A DNA stretch of 64,000 nucleotides from the IMG/VR virus record IMGVR_UViG_3300042691_019786. One strand, 5' to 3'. Under the pieces are notes generated by a model. The model searched no databases and had not been told where the DNA came from. It worked only from the letters and a program-made list of their open reading frames with translations. Made by a program: the position numbers and the translations under genes. Source of the DNA: a virus. Shown piece by piece: positions 1 to 10,696 of this stretch. Each line of letters begins with the position of its first letter. The first letter of the stretch is position 1.

Positions 1-37
1 AGAATACGTATTTATCTGTTATCATTATTGTTATTTT

Positions 38-1666
38 TTATCTTAAATATTCTAAAGATGGTTTTAGACTCATTATTCTTGCCCTACTACGAATATCTTC
101 AAATTTCGTTTCAACCAATAGTTTACCATCTTCAAAAATAGTTATTAATTCATCACGTGAACTTTCATACCCATCTTCCAATGAAGTTACTGTATGATAA
201 GTGTAATCATTGTAATCTTTAACCAATTTCAAACGACCTTGTTTAGATTTTTTGAATGATGGTTTTAAGTCACCATTTTCATCAACCTCTGTTGGTGATT
301 TAACTAAATCACGTTGTTCACCATTTACAACTGCAAAACATGCTTTTGTTGCAAAGTTTTGAGTATCACGGTTGATATCAGCTTGTAACAATTTACCACC
401 CATACCAAACACAATGTTCTCAGCAGAAATACCTAATCTGTATAACTCTTCGTAAATCTCACGAATTGAATTAATGTTTACACCATCACCTTGGATTACA
501 CGAACTTGTGGTGGTAATACTTTGAACCCTTTGTCGTTTACTGTGTAACCAAATTTATCAAACAATATTTCAAATACTGCTTTCAACGTGTTGACAACGT
601 GACCAGAATCTGGACGGATAACTAATTGGTTACCTGGAGTTGATGGACGAGATAGAATCAAATCACGTAACTCAGTTCCCCATTTCTCAGAACATGCACG
701 TAAGATGTGATAAGAGTCAGATACACACGCTACAATTCCAGTAGGGTATTTCTCCAACGTTCTTCTCATCATTTCAACCTCACCTTCTTCACCTTTCATA
801 GTCATGATAGAGTGTTCAGTTGCTGGTACAGATAATCCAAAGATTGTATCTGTATTGTAGTAATCACAAATACGTTTTGATGCAGCTGTTGTATCAGAAC
901 CCATAAAGTTAATCAAGTGTGCAGCGCCACCATAACCAGCTGATTGTACTGAAGATACACCTCTGAAACCGAAATCATTCAATACGAACTCAATAACTGT
1001 ATTCATTATATCAGTTGGTAACGCAACAGTTTTGTCAAAATATTCAATAACGATTTTTTTGACCTCACGTGATAACGTAGCAACTGTGATTGGATACCAT
1101 AATTGCATCATGATAGTTTCTAAGAAGTTAGTTAACCAATAACAATTAGGGTCAGTGTTCTCAATAGTCATAAGAACGTTTTTAACACCTACTACTGTAC
1201 CTTCTTTTACTGCTTTGATACGTACTGGTAATTTACCACCATGAACATCAATAATGTATTGGAATTTAGATTTGTCAAACACATCATCACGACCAAACAC
1301 ACCATGTTTAGTACCTAAGTACTCATACGCTTCTTCTAATTCTTCTTGTGTGATTGCAACACCTTCCAAATATTCTTTGATGAACATTTCTAAACCAAAC
1401 CATACGGTTTCGCTAAATTTACCACCACGTGATTCCATATATGAATAAACAGTTGTTGTATTGTCTTCGTAGAATTTGTGGTGTGAATACTTATAAGCAT
1501 CACCCATAAGTACTAGGTTGTTAGGTTTATCCAATACTTTTGAAATAAGACCTTCCAATGTTTCAATTTCAGACCAATCTTTGTTTTTGATTGCTTCTGC
1601 TAATCTAGATTTAATCACATTTTTTAACGCTAAATCTCTCTTCATTCTTCTAGTTTCTGATTGCAT
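38..1666 (-). CDS. nadV: Nicotinamide phosphoribosyltransferase (NAMPT)
   Basis: DAYKYSH, DFGFRG, SVPATEHS, VSDSY, VIRPDSG, IQGDG and FGMGG motifs typical of NAMPT. Confidence 0.95.
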   Translation of the reverse strand: MQSETRRMKRDLALKNVIKSRLAEAIKNKDWSEIETLEGLISKVLDKPNNLVLMGDAYKYSHHKFYEDNTTTVYSYMESRGGKFSETVWFGLEMFIKEYLEGVAITQEELEEAYEYLGTKHGVFGRDDVFDKSKFQYIIDVHGGKLPVRIKAVKEGTVVGVKNVLMTIENTDPNCYWLTNFLETIMMQLWYPITVATLSREVKKIVIEYFDKTVALPTDIMNTVIEFVLNDFGFRGVSSVQSAGYGGAAHLINFMGSDTTAASKRICDYYNTDTIFGLSVPATEHSIMTMKGEEGEVEMMRRTLEKYPTGIVACVSDSYHILRACSEKWGTELRDLILSRPSTPGNQLVIRPDSGHVVNTLKAVFEILFDKFGYTVNDKGFKVLPPQVRVIQGDGVNINSIREIYEELYRLGISAENIVFGMGGKLLQADINRDTQNFATKACFAVVNGEQRDLVKSPTEVDENGDLKPSFKKSKQGRLKLVKDYNDYTYHTVTSLEDGYESSRDELITIFEDGKLLVETKFEDIRSRARIMSLKPSLEYLR

Positions 1667-1667
1667 A

Positions 1668-2006
1668 CTATTTTATGTTTACTATTATTATATTCTTTTC
1701 TAATTTCTCTGCTTTGGTGATACTATCTTTAGTTCCTTTAGATTCACCGTCCCAAAATGCTATTATTGTATCAGCATTGTTAACAATATCGGTATTTCTC
1801 AATGGACCAGCAGCTGGTCCATGTTTCTTCCAATCTGGTTTAAAGATAAGTGTTTGAATGTTATTTTCATTTGCATATCTTTCACCCAACGAATCAGCAC
1901 CTTTTGCACCACCACTAACCAACAATGTTATAGTAAATGGTGATAATGTAGTTTTAACCAATTCATAATCGTTGAATCCTCTGCTACCAATTACTGCTAC
2001 TTTCAT
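1668..2006 (-). CDS. SLOG-superfamily (DUF2493/YspA-like) protein
   Basis: VIGSR, VSGGAKGAD, AGPLRN and AFWDGESKGT motifs. Confidence 0.8.
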   Translation of the reverse strand: MKVAVIGSRGFNDYELVKTTLSPFTITLLVSGGAKGADSLGERYANENNIQTLIFKPDWKKHGPAAGPLRNTDIVNNADTIIAFWDGESKGTKDSITKAEKLEKNIIIVNIK

Positions 2007-2992
2007 GCTATACTTTCGCCATATTTAATTTTTGCTTCTTTAATTTTACCCTCACCAGTGTTTTTCTCAATCAACTGTGTTTTAAGTAAAAATCTGATTA
2101 ATTTTTCAAACAATTCTTGGTGTTCTGTCATAATTTGAGATAATTCAATATCAAATGGGTTAACCCAATGCAAAGATGCAATATCATCAGATGGTTCAAT
2201 TCTACCCCATAAGAATTTACCAATAAACAATGTTGTCATGATACCAGATTCTGTTTTAGCATAACGCCAATCGTTTACAGCACCACTACAAACATACTTT
2301 ATATCTTCAATTTCAGCATTACCACCAGTTTCTTCTTTAAATTCACGTTTTGCTGCTCTTTCCCATGACTCATCAGTTCTATCAACAAACCCACCAATAA
2401 AACGATAATTGTCTTCGTTTGGTTTTTTAGCCATTAGGATTTGCCCTTTATCGTTATATACTGTAATATCAACAGTAGGATAAGTAACTGGTCTAGCAGC
2501 GTATGTTGCGTGGATTACACCAGCTCTAAAGTCTTCTGATGCTAATATTTTTCTTGATACTTCTTTACGTACTTCTGTACCAGAGTAAAACACATCGGTT
2601 GTATATTCTATAATCGGATATTTACCATTATAGTAAGGGATAAATGAGTCACGACTACCATACAATACCGCTGATAAATCACCAAAAGGCACTTTAATTT
2701 CAGCATCTAGCGTTTGCGACCATTGTGTGTCAGAGCGTTTATCTTTAAGTGGTAACACAACAGCTTCTGGGTATGCTGCTTGTATCATTGCTCTTCTTGT
2801 TGCAAAATCCAATGGATTGTTTTTTGTGTTAGGTATAACTGATACACCTAAAAAGATTATTACTTTTTTATGGTTTTTAAACACCATATCTAATAGTTTC
2901 TTTTGACCATCATGTAGTTGGTGTACTTGAAACCTTGCTACGACAACACCGATTTGATAATCGGTTGCGTTAATATTTGATTTTTGTTCCAT
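2003..2992 (-). CDS. Bifunctional NMN adenylyltransferase / Nudix ADP-ribose pyrophosphatase (NadM-Nudix)
   Basis: RFQ..HDGQ (HxGH-like), NPL and SGTEVR motifs; C-terminal Nudix box GGFVD...AAKREFKEETG; start moved to MEQKS, downstream of a promoter motif. Confidence 0.9.
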   Translation of the reverse strand: MEQKSNINATDYQIGVVVARFQVHQLHDGQKKLLDMVFKNHKKVIIFLGVSVIPNTKNNPLDFATRRAMIQAAYPEAVVLPLKDKRSDTQWSQTLDAEIKVPFGDLSAVLYGSRDSFIPYYNGKYPIIEYTTDVFYSGTEVRKEVSRKILASEDFRAGVIHATYAARPVTYPTVDITVYNDKGQILMAKKPNEDNYRFIGGFVDRTDESWERAAKREFKEETGGNAEIEDIKYVCSGAVNDWRYAKTESGIMTTLFIGKFLWGRIEPSDDIASLHWVNPFDIELSQIMTEHQELFEKLIRFLLKTQLIEKNTGEGKIKEAKIKYGESIA

Positions 2993-3058
2993 ATCTTTTT
3001 TATTTAATACAAATGTATGAAAAAAAATCCGAATAATCAAATTATTCGGACTCTTTTT

Positions 3059-4429
3059 TTATCTAATAAAACCCATTGTGGATTTTTCTTTTTCGACTTG
3101 ACTGGAATAGAATCCTTTGTATGATTCTGTAATCAATGATACAGTATCATTGATACCCCAGTTTTCGTCATCTTCTGACATTTCTCTGATGTTATCAGCT
3201 AAGTTAGCGATAAACGCACCAGTGATTTTTGCTTTTTTACCGTTTATTGTTCCAGTCAAAGCATCATAAACGTCTTTAACTCTCCATTGCTCTGGTAAAT
3301 GAATATCACATACTTTGATGATTTGTTCTTCATCTAAGAAACTATAATCCAACGTGAAATTAAAACGACCTGGTCTTTCAGCAGCTTTATCAACCAATCC
3401 TTTATCGTTAGTTGACGCTAACAAACTAATTTTTCGTTTCTTCACACCATCAAAGAAAGATAAGAACTGACCTAATAATCTAGTGTAACTTCCGTTATCA
3501 CGTGAACCTAAATATAAGTCGATGTCGTCCATAATGATTACAGCGTTCTCAAATATTTCACAAGACTCCATAATCATTGTTAAATCATCAGCGTGAGTAA
3601 AATCTGGGATAATAAACGTTACATTTGGTACTAGTTTTCTACACATTTCACGAATTGATTCCGTTTTACCAGTTCCTGGTTCTCCATTAAGTAAGTATCT
3701 AGCATTACCACCTCTAGAAACTCTAGTAACAAAGTGTTCAATGAATTTTCTTTGAGTTTCATTCAAAATTAATTCATTTGATGATTCTTGAATATCAATA
3801 ATCTCAATTCCTTTGAATCTATAATCTCTTAATTTAACTTTGATACACTTACCAACATATTCAGAATTGTTAAACGCAATCTTTTTAATGTCTTTAAAGA
3901 TTTCAAAAAGTTTTGTTTCATCCATCATATTTTTACAAGCAATGTGAAGTTGCATAATTAATTCACCTCTTCCATCAATATAGATTTTAGTTTGAAAAAT
4001 AAAATCGTTATCAACGTCTTTGATTTTACCTTTAAACCAGAACGATTCAGTGTTATCAAACGCACCATTAAAATCGATACGACCAACACCATCAGTTTTA
4101 CCATAACTGTCTAATGTGATATCAGTTTTAATTTTTTTACGATAAGTATCGTATAAAAAAGAGTTAATTACAGCTAATTCGATAATACTAATATCATCAG
4201 TATATCTATCAGTTTGATATTCTTCTAGTTCTAACTCATCATTAGTTTCAACTGCTGTAACACCCAAACTAGGGTATTCAGTTTCTATTGTTTCATTATT
4301 TTTCATATATTTATTTCGTAATGTACCTATATCATTTCTAGCATATGAAGCTTCTCTACTTAATTTTTCAATTAACCTTTCATGCTTTTTAATTATGTAA
4401 TCTTCAATTTTTTTCTTTTTTTCGCTCAT
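3059..4429 (-). CDS. AAA+ ATPase
   Basis: Walker A GEPGTGKT, Walker B IIMDDID, SRH STN..D.AAERPGRF. Confidence 0.85.
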   Translation of the reverse strand: MSEKKKKIEDYIIKKHERLIEKLSREASYARNDIGTLRNKYMKNNETIETEYPSLGVTAVETNDELELEEYQTDRYTDDISIIELAVINSFLYDTYRKKIKTDITLDSYGKTDGVGRIDFNGAFDNTESFWFKGKIKDVDNDFIFQTKIYIDGRGELIMQLHIACKNMMDETKLFEIFKDIKKIAFNNSEYVGKCIKVKLRDYRFKGIEIIDIQESSNELILNETQRKFIEHFVTRVSRGGNARYLLNGEPGTGKTESIREMCRKLVPNVTFIIPDFTHADDLTMIMESCEIFENAVIIMDDIDLYLGSRDNGSYTRLLGQFLSFFDGVKKRKISLLASTNDKGLVDKAAERPGRFNFTLDYSFLDEEQIIKVCDIHLPEQWRVKDVYDALTGTINGKKAKITGAFIANLADNIREMSEDDENWGINDTVSLITESYKGFYSSQVEKEKSTMGFIR

Positions 4430-4440
4430 ATTGTTTTAGT

Positions 4441-5037
4441 TTAGTGGTGTCCAACTTTCTCGATTTCTTTTGTTGACATCATCTGTTTCAAATCAGTATA
4501 ATGTAATGGTGTATAATCTGTCATACAACAACCAACATCAGTTACTTTTTTACTATAATACCATTCATAACTTGGGTCTTTCATCAATGAACCATGACAA
4601 TGACCATGCAAATGCCATGCGCCATGGTGTGCTTTATCCCAAGATAGTATTGGGTAGTGCATCATCATAATATCTTGCCATTTTCTAGGGTTGTCTGGGT
4701 CTAACACCGATAAGTTGACATAATCACTCACTGTTTCAAATCGATTAAGTTTACGTATGTCTTTTTCCTTGTCATGGTTACCCAATATGTAATGGATTTT
4801 ACCTTTTAATTGATTAACTAACTCTTGTGTTTGTTTTCCATTTTTATCAAATGATAAATCACCTAGATAAAAAACCACATCTTCGTCATCAACATAATGG
4901 TTCCAATTTTCAATAAGAGCGTTGTTCATTTCTTCTACATCAGCAAATGGTCGTTCATCGTATTTTATTACATTTGCATGACAAAAGTGATAATCAGATG
5001 TAAACCAAATTCGTTGATGGTCTAATTTTAATCTCAT
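4441..5037 (-). CDS. Calcineurin-like metallophosphoesterase
   Basis: SDYHF, LGDL, GNHD, HYP and HGHCH motifs. Confidence 0.9.
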   Translation of the reverse strand: MRLKLDHQRIWFTSDYHFCHANVIKYDERPFADVEEMNNALIENWNHYVDDEDVVFYLGDLSFDKNGKQTQELVNQLKGKIHYILGNHDKEKDIRKLNRFETVSDYVNLSVLDPDNPRKWQDIMMMHYPILSWDKAHHGAWHLHGHCHGSLMKDPSYEWYYSKKVTDVGCCMTDYTPLHYTDLKQMMSTKEIEKVGHH

Positions 5038-5411
5038 ATGTTAATTAAATAATTAAATGTTAATAATAACTGTGTATAATGTAACACTTGGTCAAAACCT
5101 ATGACAACAAAGAAATCATGGTAATTTTCTTCTTTGTATAATCTACTAGTCCATCTACTAGTAAAGTAATCTGTTACCCAATGCATTGCAAATATAGCGA
5201 TAAATGATAACCATACACCACTAAATGTTATATGTATTGATGAAAACGGTAATACTAACGCCCATAAAAAGATAGTTGCAAATGTATAAACAGTAACATG
5301 CAATGTAAGATAGTAGTTACTGCTACTTTTTCTAGTGCTCATATGATGGGTTTGCAGAACAAAATCTGCAAACCAATGCACTAGTAATATAAATAAAACA
5401 TACCAAATCAT
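5034..5411 (-). CDS. DUF3307-family membrane protein
   Basis: H..ADF..Q, H...D and DQ..H pattern with hydrophobic helices. Confidence 0.75.
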   Translation of the reverse strand: MIWYVLFILLVHWFADFVLQTHHMSTRKSSSNYYLTLHVTVYTFATIFLWALVLPFSSIHITFSGVWLSFIAIFAMHWVTDYFTSRWTSRLYKEENYHDFFVVIGFDQVLHYTQLLLTFNYLINI

Positions 5412-5803
5412 GCTAATACTTCTTTAACGATTTTTGACACTACTGCGTTATCTGCTTGACCTTTATACGCTTTATTGAACGCACCCATCATTTTACCAAC
5501 ATCATCAATACCATCTTTTTTAAATGTTCTGATGATTGAACGAATACTAATTTCATCCATTAAAGTTGGTAAGTATGGTTTAATGTATTCTAACTCAGCT
5601 AATGATTCAGCTGTGTTAGTTTGTTTCAAAGATTTTTCAATTTTCTTCAAAATACCCATAACTGTTTCATCATCGTCTTTACCAGAGCGACCAACTTCGT
5701 TTTGGATTTCACCTTTCACAACACCTAAAAAATTTTTTTTGTTCATGTCTTTAGCTTTAAAAGCCTCCATGAAATCTGCGTTAATTCTTTCTTTTAAACT
5801 CAT
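5408..5803 (-). CDS. GatB/YqeY-domain protein
   Basis: MSLKERI.ADF..AFKAKD, YLP and GK.MG pattern. Confidence 0.8.
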   Translation of the reverse strand: MSLKERINADFMEAFKAKDMNKKNFLGVVKGEIQNEVGRSGKDDDETVMGILKKIEKSLKQTNTAESLAELEYIKPYLPTLMDEISIRSIIRTFKKDGIDDVGKMMGAFNKAYKGQADNAVVSKIVKEVLA

Positions 5804-5819
5804 TTTGTTTTATTTTAAA

Positions 5820-6401
5820 TTAAAATTGATTCCCATCACCTTCATCAATCATTCTGATACAATACCCTTCGTATTCTTCATGAAATTCTTCTATCTCATA
5901 TATAAAGTTTTCTCGCTCATCTTCGTAAGCATCATCTTCCCAATCCATATCGTTTGTTGGGTCTTCTTTTGACTCCTCATAATTATACCACGCAAAGAAA
6001 CCTTCTGGGTCTTTCTTGTATACAACAACACCAGTTGGGTCATATGTTTCATCATTGTATTTGTTTACAATGTATGCATCTGGGTCAACTTCAACAACCA
6101 ATTCAAAAAGTCTCATTAAAAACTCATGTGGATAATAATTTGCTGATGCTATATTCCATCTATCCATATCGATATCGTTTTCGATATAAACCCATTTAGC
6201 ACCCATGTTGTCTAAAGACCAATTAATTAAAACGCCTTCTTTACCATCTTTATCGATAACTGTTTCTGGTTCATCGTAAAAAGCTTTTGCAAAGCTAACC
6301 ATATCACTATAACCACCAGCTACTTCGAATCTTTCGTTGATTTTATCAATCGCCTCATCGTTAGCGTAAATTTGTACAATATTTGTTACTGTATTTGCCA
6401 T
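5820..6401 (-). CDS. Hypothetical acidic protein
   Basis: Long ORF within the operon. Confidence 0.6.
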   Translation of the reverse strand: MANTVTNIVQIYANDEAIDKINERFEVAGGYSDMVSFAKAFYDEPETVIDKDGKEGVLINWSLDNMGAKWVYIENDIDMDRWNIASANYYPHEFLMRLFELVVEVDPDAYIVNKYNDETYDPTGVVVYKKDPEGFFAWYNYEESKEDPTNDMDWEDDAYEDERENFIYEIEEFHEEYEGYCIRMIDEGDGNQF

Positions 6402-6755
6402 TTATTTTTGTTTTTTAATTACTAAATAATGATGATAACCTTTATCACCGTCTGTCGCATAGAAAGCATATTTTAATTCGCCATTTTTAACCCTTTCAGC
6501 TATTTTAGCTTTTTCTTCAGCTTTAGCTTCAACAAATATTCTTTCATACTTGTTTTCAGCCTTTTTTACTTTAACAGTTTCTTCTGCTTCAGTTTTAACT
6601 TCTGGTTTAATTGGTTGTTTAGCAACAACTTTTGGTTTAGTTTCCTCAACGACAATAGGCTTTTCTTCCGCAACCACTCTTTTTTTGGGTTCAGATTTAA
6701 CTATTGGTTTTGGTTGTGCTTTTTTCCTTTCAATACTCATAGGACAAATGTACAA
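6402..6755 (-). CDS. Hypothetical Lys/Glu/Pro-rich protein
   Basis: ORF within the operon; true start probably MSIERK. Confidence 0.55.
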   Translation of the reverse strand: MYICPMSIERKKAQPKPIVKSEPKKRVVAEEKPIVVEETKPKVVAKQPIKPEVKTEAEETVKVKKAENKYERIFVEAKAEEKAKIAERVKNGELKYAFYATDGDKGYHHYLVIKKQK

Positions 6756-6781
6756 ACAAAAAATTAATAAAACAAATTAAA

Positions 6782-7288
6782 TTACGATTTTCTTACAAAA
6801 TATTTAAAACGATATTTGAAACCGTTTTCCTCATAGATAGCGCTTTCGTAGATATTAGTCCACTCTTCTTCATTAAAACCTTCAAGGTATGTATCACCTT
6901 CAACATCTGATAAAACCTCTGTTAAATACAATTTACGTGCAATTGGGAATAGTTCTTTGTAGATTTCACCACCACCAATAACAAAATGTTCTTCAATTCC
7001 TAAATTAAAAGAAGACATTTCATATGCTCGTTTAATCATATCTAAATTATTCATAACTATAGCGCCTTCAGCTTGGTAATTTTCATCTCTAGTTATGATG
7101 ATGTTTTCTCTGTTGGGTAATGGTCTAAATTTTTCTGGTAGTGATTCCCAACACTTACGACCCATGTATACACGTTTTCCAGATGTTAAGTTTTTAAAAT
7201 TCTTTAAATCATCTGGAATATGCCATGGCAATTCATTATTCTTACCAATGACCATGTTGGTAGACGCTGCTACTATAATACTTAACAT
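6782..7288 (-). CDS. folA: Dihydrofolate reductase
   Basis: IG....LPWH, MGRK.WESLP..RPLPNR, IGGGEIY and GDTY motifs. Confidence 0.95.
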   Translation of the reverse strand: MLSIIVAASTNMVIGKNNELPWHIPDDLKNFKNLTSGKRVYMGRKCWESLPEKFRPLPNRENIIITRDENYQAEGAIVMNNLDMIKRAYEMSSFNLGIEEHFVIGGGEIYKELFPIARKLYLTEVLSDVEGDTYLEGFNEEEWTNIYESAIYEENGFKYRFKYFVRKS

Positions 7289-7442
7289 CTCTTTTTACGA
7301 ATTATTTCACCATTTTCTTCAGTTATTGAAACTAGTGTGTGTTTATCATACGTTGCGACATCAAAAACAACTGAACGTTTTTGGTCTAACCAACGTTTAA
7401 ATATTAATTCACCTTTTGCGTTATATAGGTATAACTCATTAC

Positions 7443-7691
7443 CTATAATTTCCTTTTTAAATGTTCCTTCCATAATGAAACTAGGGGTTTGTAAATATAA
7501 ACTAAATTAACTAAAATAACCATGACGTTTAAAAACACCAATGGGTATCTTCCATGATAAGTTGAATACACGACAAATAGCATACAACCTAAAGTATTTA
7601 ATAATCTTAATAAAATAATATCTTTAACCATGAAAGATATAAGTACTATTACTGAGGCAAAATATGCCATAATCTCCATATAATAATCCAT
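7443..7691 (-). CDS. Small membrane protein (YgjV-like)
   Basis: Three hydrophobic helices; SF.....LR..N..GC pattern. Confidence 0.6.
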   Translation of the reverse strand: MDYYMEIMAYFASVIVLISFMVKDIILLRLLNTLGCMLFVVYSTYHGRYPLVFLNVMVILVNLVYIYKPLVSLWKEHLKRKL

Positions 7692-7962
7692 CCTTAATTT
7701 GGGTATCTGATTACATAACTGACGATATATTCAGCTAGTAATTTAATGTTATTTTCGTTGCAATTCATATTAATTTAGTTTAATATTAGTTAATAATTCA
7801 CAATCTAAACAATATAATGGTGGTTCTTGACCAATCGGTGTGTTTATATATGGTACACCATTATTTGTTCGTATTTCTGTAACTTTACAGTTATCATACT
7901 TACAGTGAACAAAACACATTGCTGCGTTACATCTATTACACATAGCAACTGGTTCACCAAAA

Positions 7963-8445
7963 CTAATTGAGATTCTTGGTTTCATTTTGAATAGCAATTT
8001 CTTTTTCTTCAGTGCTCAAAAGACCTTTACCATACTTCTCAATTCTTTCGTAATACCTTTTCTTAACTTCTTCTGTTATTGGAATTGGTTTACCTTCATC
8101 GTTTATTCTAACAAACTTTATATTTGTTTTAATTGCTATTTCTTGGTCGCCAGTGTAAACATCGTGTTTTCTTAATTCAACATACAAAGTTACTGATGTT
8201 TTACCAAAATTCAAAACTTTTGCGTATAGTTTAATTATGTTATTAACTTTAACTGGTTTGTCGAATATCAAATCATCAATTTTAACAGTTACAACTCTTG
8301 GGGTATCACATATTTGCGCCACATACGCTGCACTGCTTTCATCAATTATTGATATCAACCTACCACCAAAAACATTTGAATGTACACCGACATCACTGGT
8401 CTTACATAAATAGGTAGTTACTAATTCCATATTTTCTTTTTTCAC
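7963..8445 (-). CDS. Acyl-CoA thioesterase (hotdog fold)
   Basis: N.FGG.L...IDE, GKTS and FV.I...GKP motifs. Confidence 0.85.
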   Translation of the reverse strand: MKKENMELVTTYLCKTSDVGVHSNVFGGRLISIIDESSAAYVAQICDTPRVVTVKIDDLIFDKPVKVNNIIKLYAKVLNFGKTSVTLYVELRKHDVYTGDQEIAIKTNIKFVRINDEGKPIPITEEVKKRYYERIEKYGKGLLSTEEKEIAIQNETKNLN

Positions 8446-8452
8446 GAAATAA

Positions 8453-8962
8453 TTAATTAATATTTTTTGACCTTTCTTTCACCTTATTATCTAATTGGTC
8501 ATTATTTAAGCAGTAGCAGTCACCTTTAAAAACCCAACCTTCGTTTGTTCCAGCGTCATCTACTTCGCCCTTTTTCTTAAATATCGCTTCTTTGAAAAAC
8601 TTCTCTTTTTCTTTCCAACCAATTATCCAACCTTTTGATAAATCTGATAAAATAGCAACGAAACAATAGTAATCACATTTCTGTCTTATATTGTAAGCGA
8701 AGATGTTAGCTCTATGATATGGTTTAGGTTCAAAGTTTTGTAATTTTGTTTTAACGTCAACTTTTTTACCTCTTATTATCATATCGTAATCATATGACCC
8801 AACATATTTTGTTATTTTTTTAAATTGGTCCCAAACAATTATTTCACCTAACGCACCAACTTCATTACCTTTTCCTTCAGTTACCGAGCCTTTCAAGACA
8901 TTGAACTCATAAAGTTCTTTACCCCTTTTTCTTTGGTCGTCAGTAATATCAATCTCAATCAT
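8453..8962 (-). CDS. Hypothetical protein, possible PD-(D/E)XK fold
   Basis: GE...YD...VDVKT pattern. Confidence 0.45.
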   Translation of the reverse strand: MIEIDITDDQRKRGKELYEFNVLKGSVTEGKGNEVGALGEIIVWDQFKKITKYVGSYDYDMIIRGKKVDVKTKLQNFEPKPYHRANIFAYNIRQKCDYYCFVAILSDLSKGWIIGWKEKEKFFKEAIFKKKGEVDDAGTNEGWVFKGDCYCLNNDQLDNKVKERSKNIN

Positions 8963-9301
8963 CCCATATTATTTTATTTAAACGTTATTTTAAAGCATTT
9001 TTGTTAATTGTTTTATTGATTCAGTAATCAATTCAGCTTTTAATGCGTATTTGTTTTGGTCAGCGACATCAATTAACATACATAATGTTTCACAAACACA
9101 TTTGATATCGTTGATAATCATTTCACGTGCTTCCTCTTTATTTGTCGGTGATGGAATATCAGCACCTTTACCGATTAAAATTGCTTGTTCTCTGTCAGTA
9201 TCAACATCAATTGTTATTAAATTCTTCATATTAAAATTTTTACTAAATATACAAATAAAAAATGGCTTTATCAAGTATTTATATATGTAAAACTTAATAT
9301 T

Positions 9302-9442
9302 ATGGCAAAAGCAGTTAAAACAGTATCTTCTACTAAAATTAGTAAAGGTAAAAAGAAAAGACCAGGAGTTCATTCTAAATGTAAAACTTCAGTATCTAAA
9401 AATGCTAAGAACTATAAAAAGAAAAGCGTAGGTCAAGGGTAA
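9302..9442 (+). CDS. 46-aa very basic protein (below the ORF-track cutoff)
   Basis: MAKAVKTVSSTKISKGKKKRPGVHSKCKTSVSKNAKNYKKKSVGQG; preceded by TATTTATA and followed by a terminator. Confidence 0.7.
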   Translation: MAKAVKTVSSTKISKGKKKRPGVHSKCKTSVSKNAKNYKKKSVGQG

Positions 9443-9471
9443 AAAAAAGAGGGTTAAATACCCTCTTTTTT
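9443..9471. terminator. Bidirectional intrinsic terminator
   Basis: AAAAAAGAGGG-ttaaata-CCCTCTTTTTT between convergent genes. Confidence 0.8.
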
Positions 9472-9803
9472 TATTTTACATCTGATAATTTAATTTTTAA
9501 TTCTAATCGTCTATCAAACCATTCTAAAAACTCTTCTTTTGTCATTTCATCAACAATTTTATTGAATCTTTCAGTGATATGTTTTGTATCTATTTCTAAA
9601 TTTAAATGAGAGTTTTCTGGTTCAACATCATCTTTGTTATCAACCATAGTGTTTAACACACCAACAGATGTCGTTATAGTATCTCTCATTTTCTTAGCCC
9701 ATGATGACCATATTGATAAATCACCAGTAGTCCAATCAGTTCTTGTTGATTTACTTAATTCATTAGCTAACGTTTTAATTAATTGTTTTTCACTATTCTT
9801 CAT
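9471..9803 (-). CDS. Hypothetical protein
   Basis: ORF overlapping its neighbour by 4 nt. Confidence 0.6.
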   Translation of the reverse strand: MKNSEKQLIKTLANELSKSTRTDWTTGDLSIWSSWAKKMRDTITTSVGVLNTMVDNKDDVEPENSHLNLEIDTKHITERFNKIVDEMTKEEFLEWFDRRLELKIKLSDVK

Positions 9804-10168
9804 ATTTCAAATTTATTTATAATTTCAAATGGTATAAACCCATCAATTCTAGTTTCAGCCACATCTTCAAAATGATTTAATTCTTCCACATAAAAACCAC
9901 CCATTGTATAGTTGATAGTTAAAAACATTTTCTTTTCAGCGTCCCACATAGCAACATGTTTACCTCTCCATCTATGACCATTATAATATTCACCACCAAT
10001 CAAATCTTTTTTAGGTATCATAGCATTAACCATACGTTCTAAACGCTTATGTTCTTTGATTCCTTGTGCTTTTTTTTCTTCTTCGTATTTGGCATGACTT
10101 TCTCTGACTTCATCAGCTTTTTCTTTGCCAATCAACTCAACTAATCTTGCGTATTTTTCCTTTTTCAT
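9800..10168 (-). CDS. Hypothetical protein
   Basis: ORF within the operon. Confidence 0.6.
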   Translation of the reverse strand: MKKEKYARLVELIGKEKADEVRESHAKYEEEKKAQGIKEHKRLERMVNAMIPKKDLIGGEYYNGHRWRGKHVAMWDAEKKMFLTINYTMGGFYVEELNHFEDVAETRIDGFIPFEIINKFEI

Positions 10169-10482
10169 TTGTTTTCTTTTTTATAAGCGTGAACCCAATT
10201 GATAAACTTGCTATAATTCTTTCTTACATGCATGCATCTATCCGAAAAACTACCTTTATTATCAGTACAATATTCAGTGAATTTATATATCAATTTCTTT
10301 GCTTCACCAAACATATTTTTATCGTTGGCATAGCCTTTTTCTAATAGGTAATTACCAACATGACTATATGTTCCAGTCCATTCTTTAAATCTACTCATAG
10401 TGCAAATGTACAAAAAGAAATTGATATAAACAAAAAATGCACGATAAAAATCGTGCATAATTACATGTTGGTTTAATTCTTG

Positions 10483-10555
10483 TGCGCCCCACGGGCCTCG
10501 AACCCGTAACCTTTCCGTTAAAAGCGGAAAGCCCGTCCACTTGAGCTTCGAGCGC
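10483..10555 (-). tRNA. tRNA-Lys(TTT)
   Basis: Cloverleaf; ttccg-ctTTTaa-cggaa. Confidence 0.85.
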
Positions 10556-10579
10556 AAATGTCACCTTATGGTGAATTTG

Positions 10580-10653
10580 TACCCCCGATGGGACTCGAAC
10601 CCATGACCCCTCCATTAAAAGTGGAGTGCTCTAACCAGCTGAGCTACGAAGGC
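10580..10653 (-). tRNA. tRNA-Lys(TTT)
   Basis: Cloverleaf; ctcca-ctTTTaa-tggag. Confidence 0.92.
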
Positions 10654-10696
10654 GTAATCTTTCCATTAACACTCGTAACCAGCTTGGCCGAGTGCT

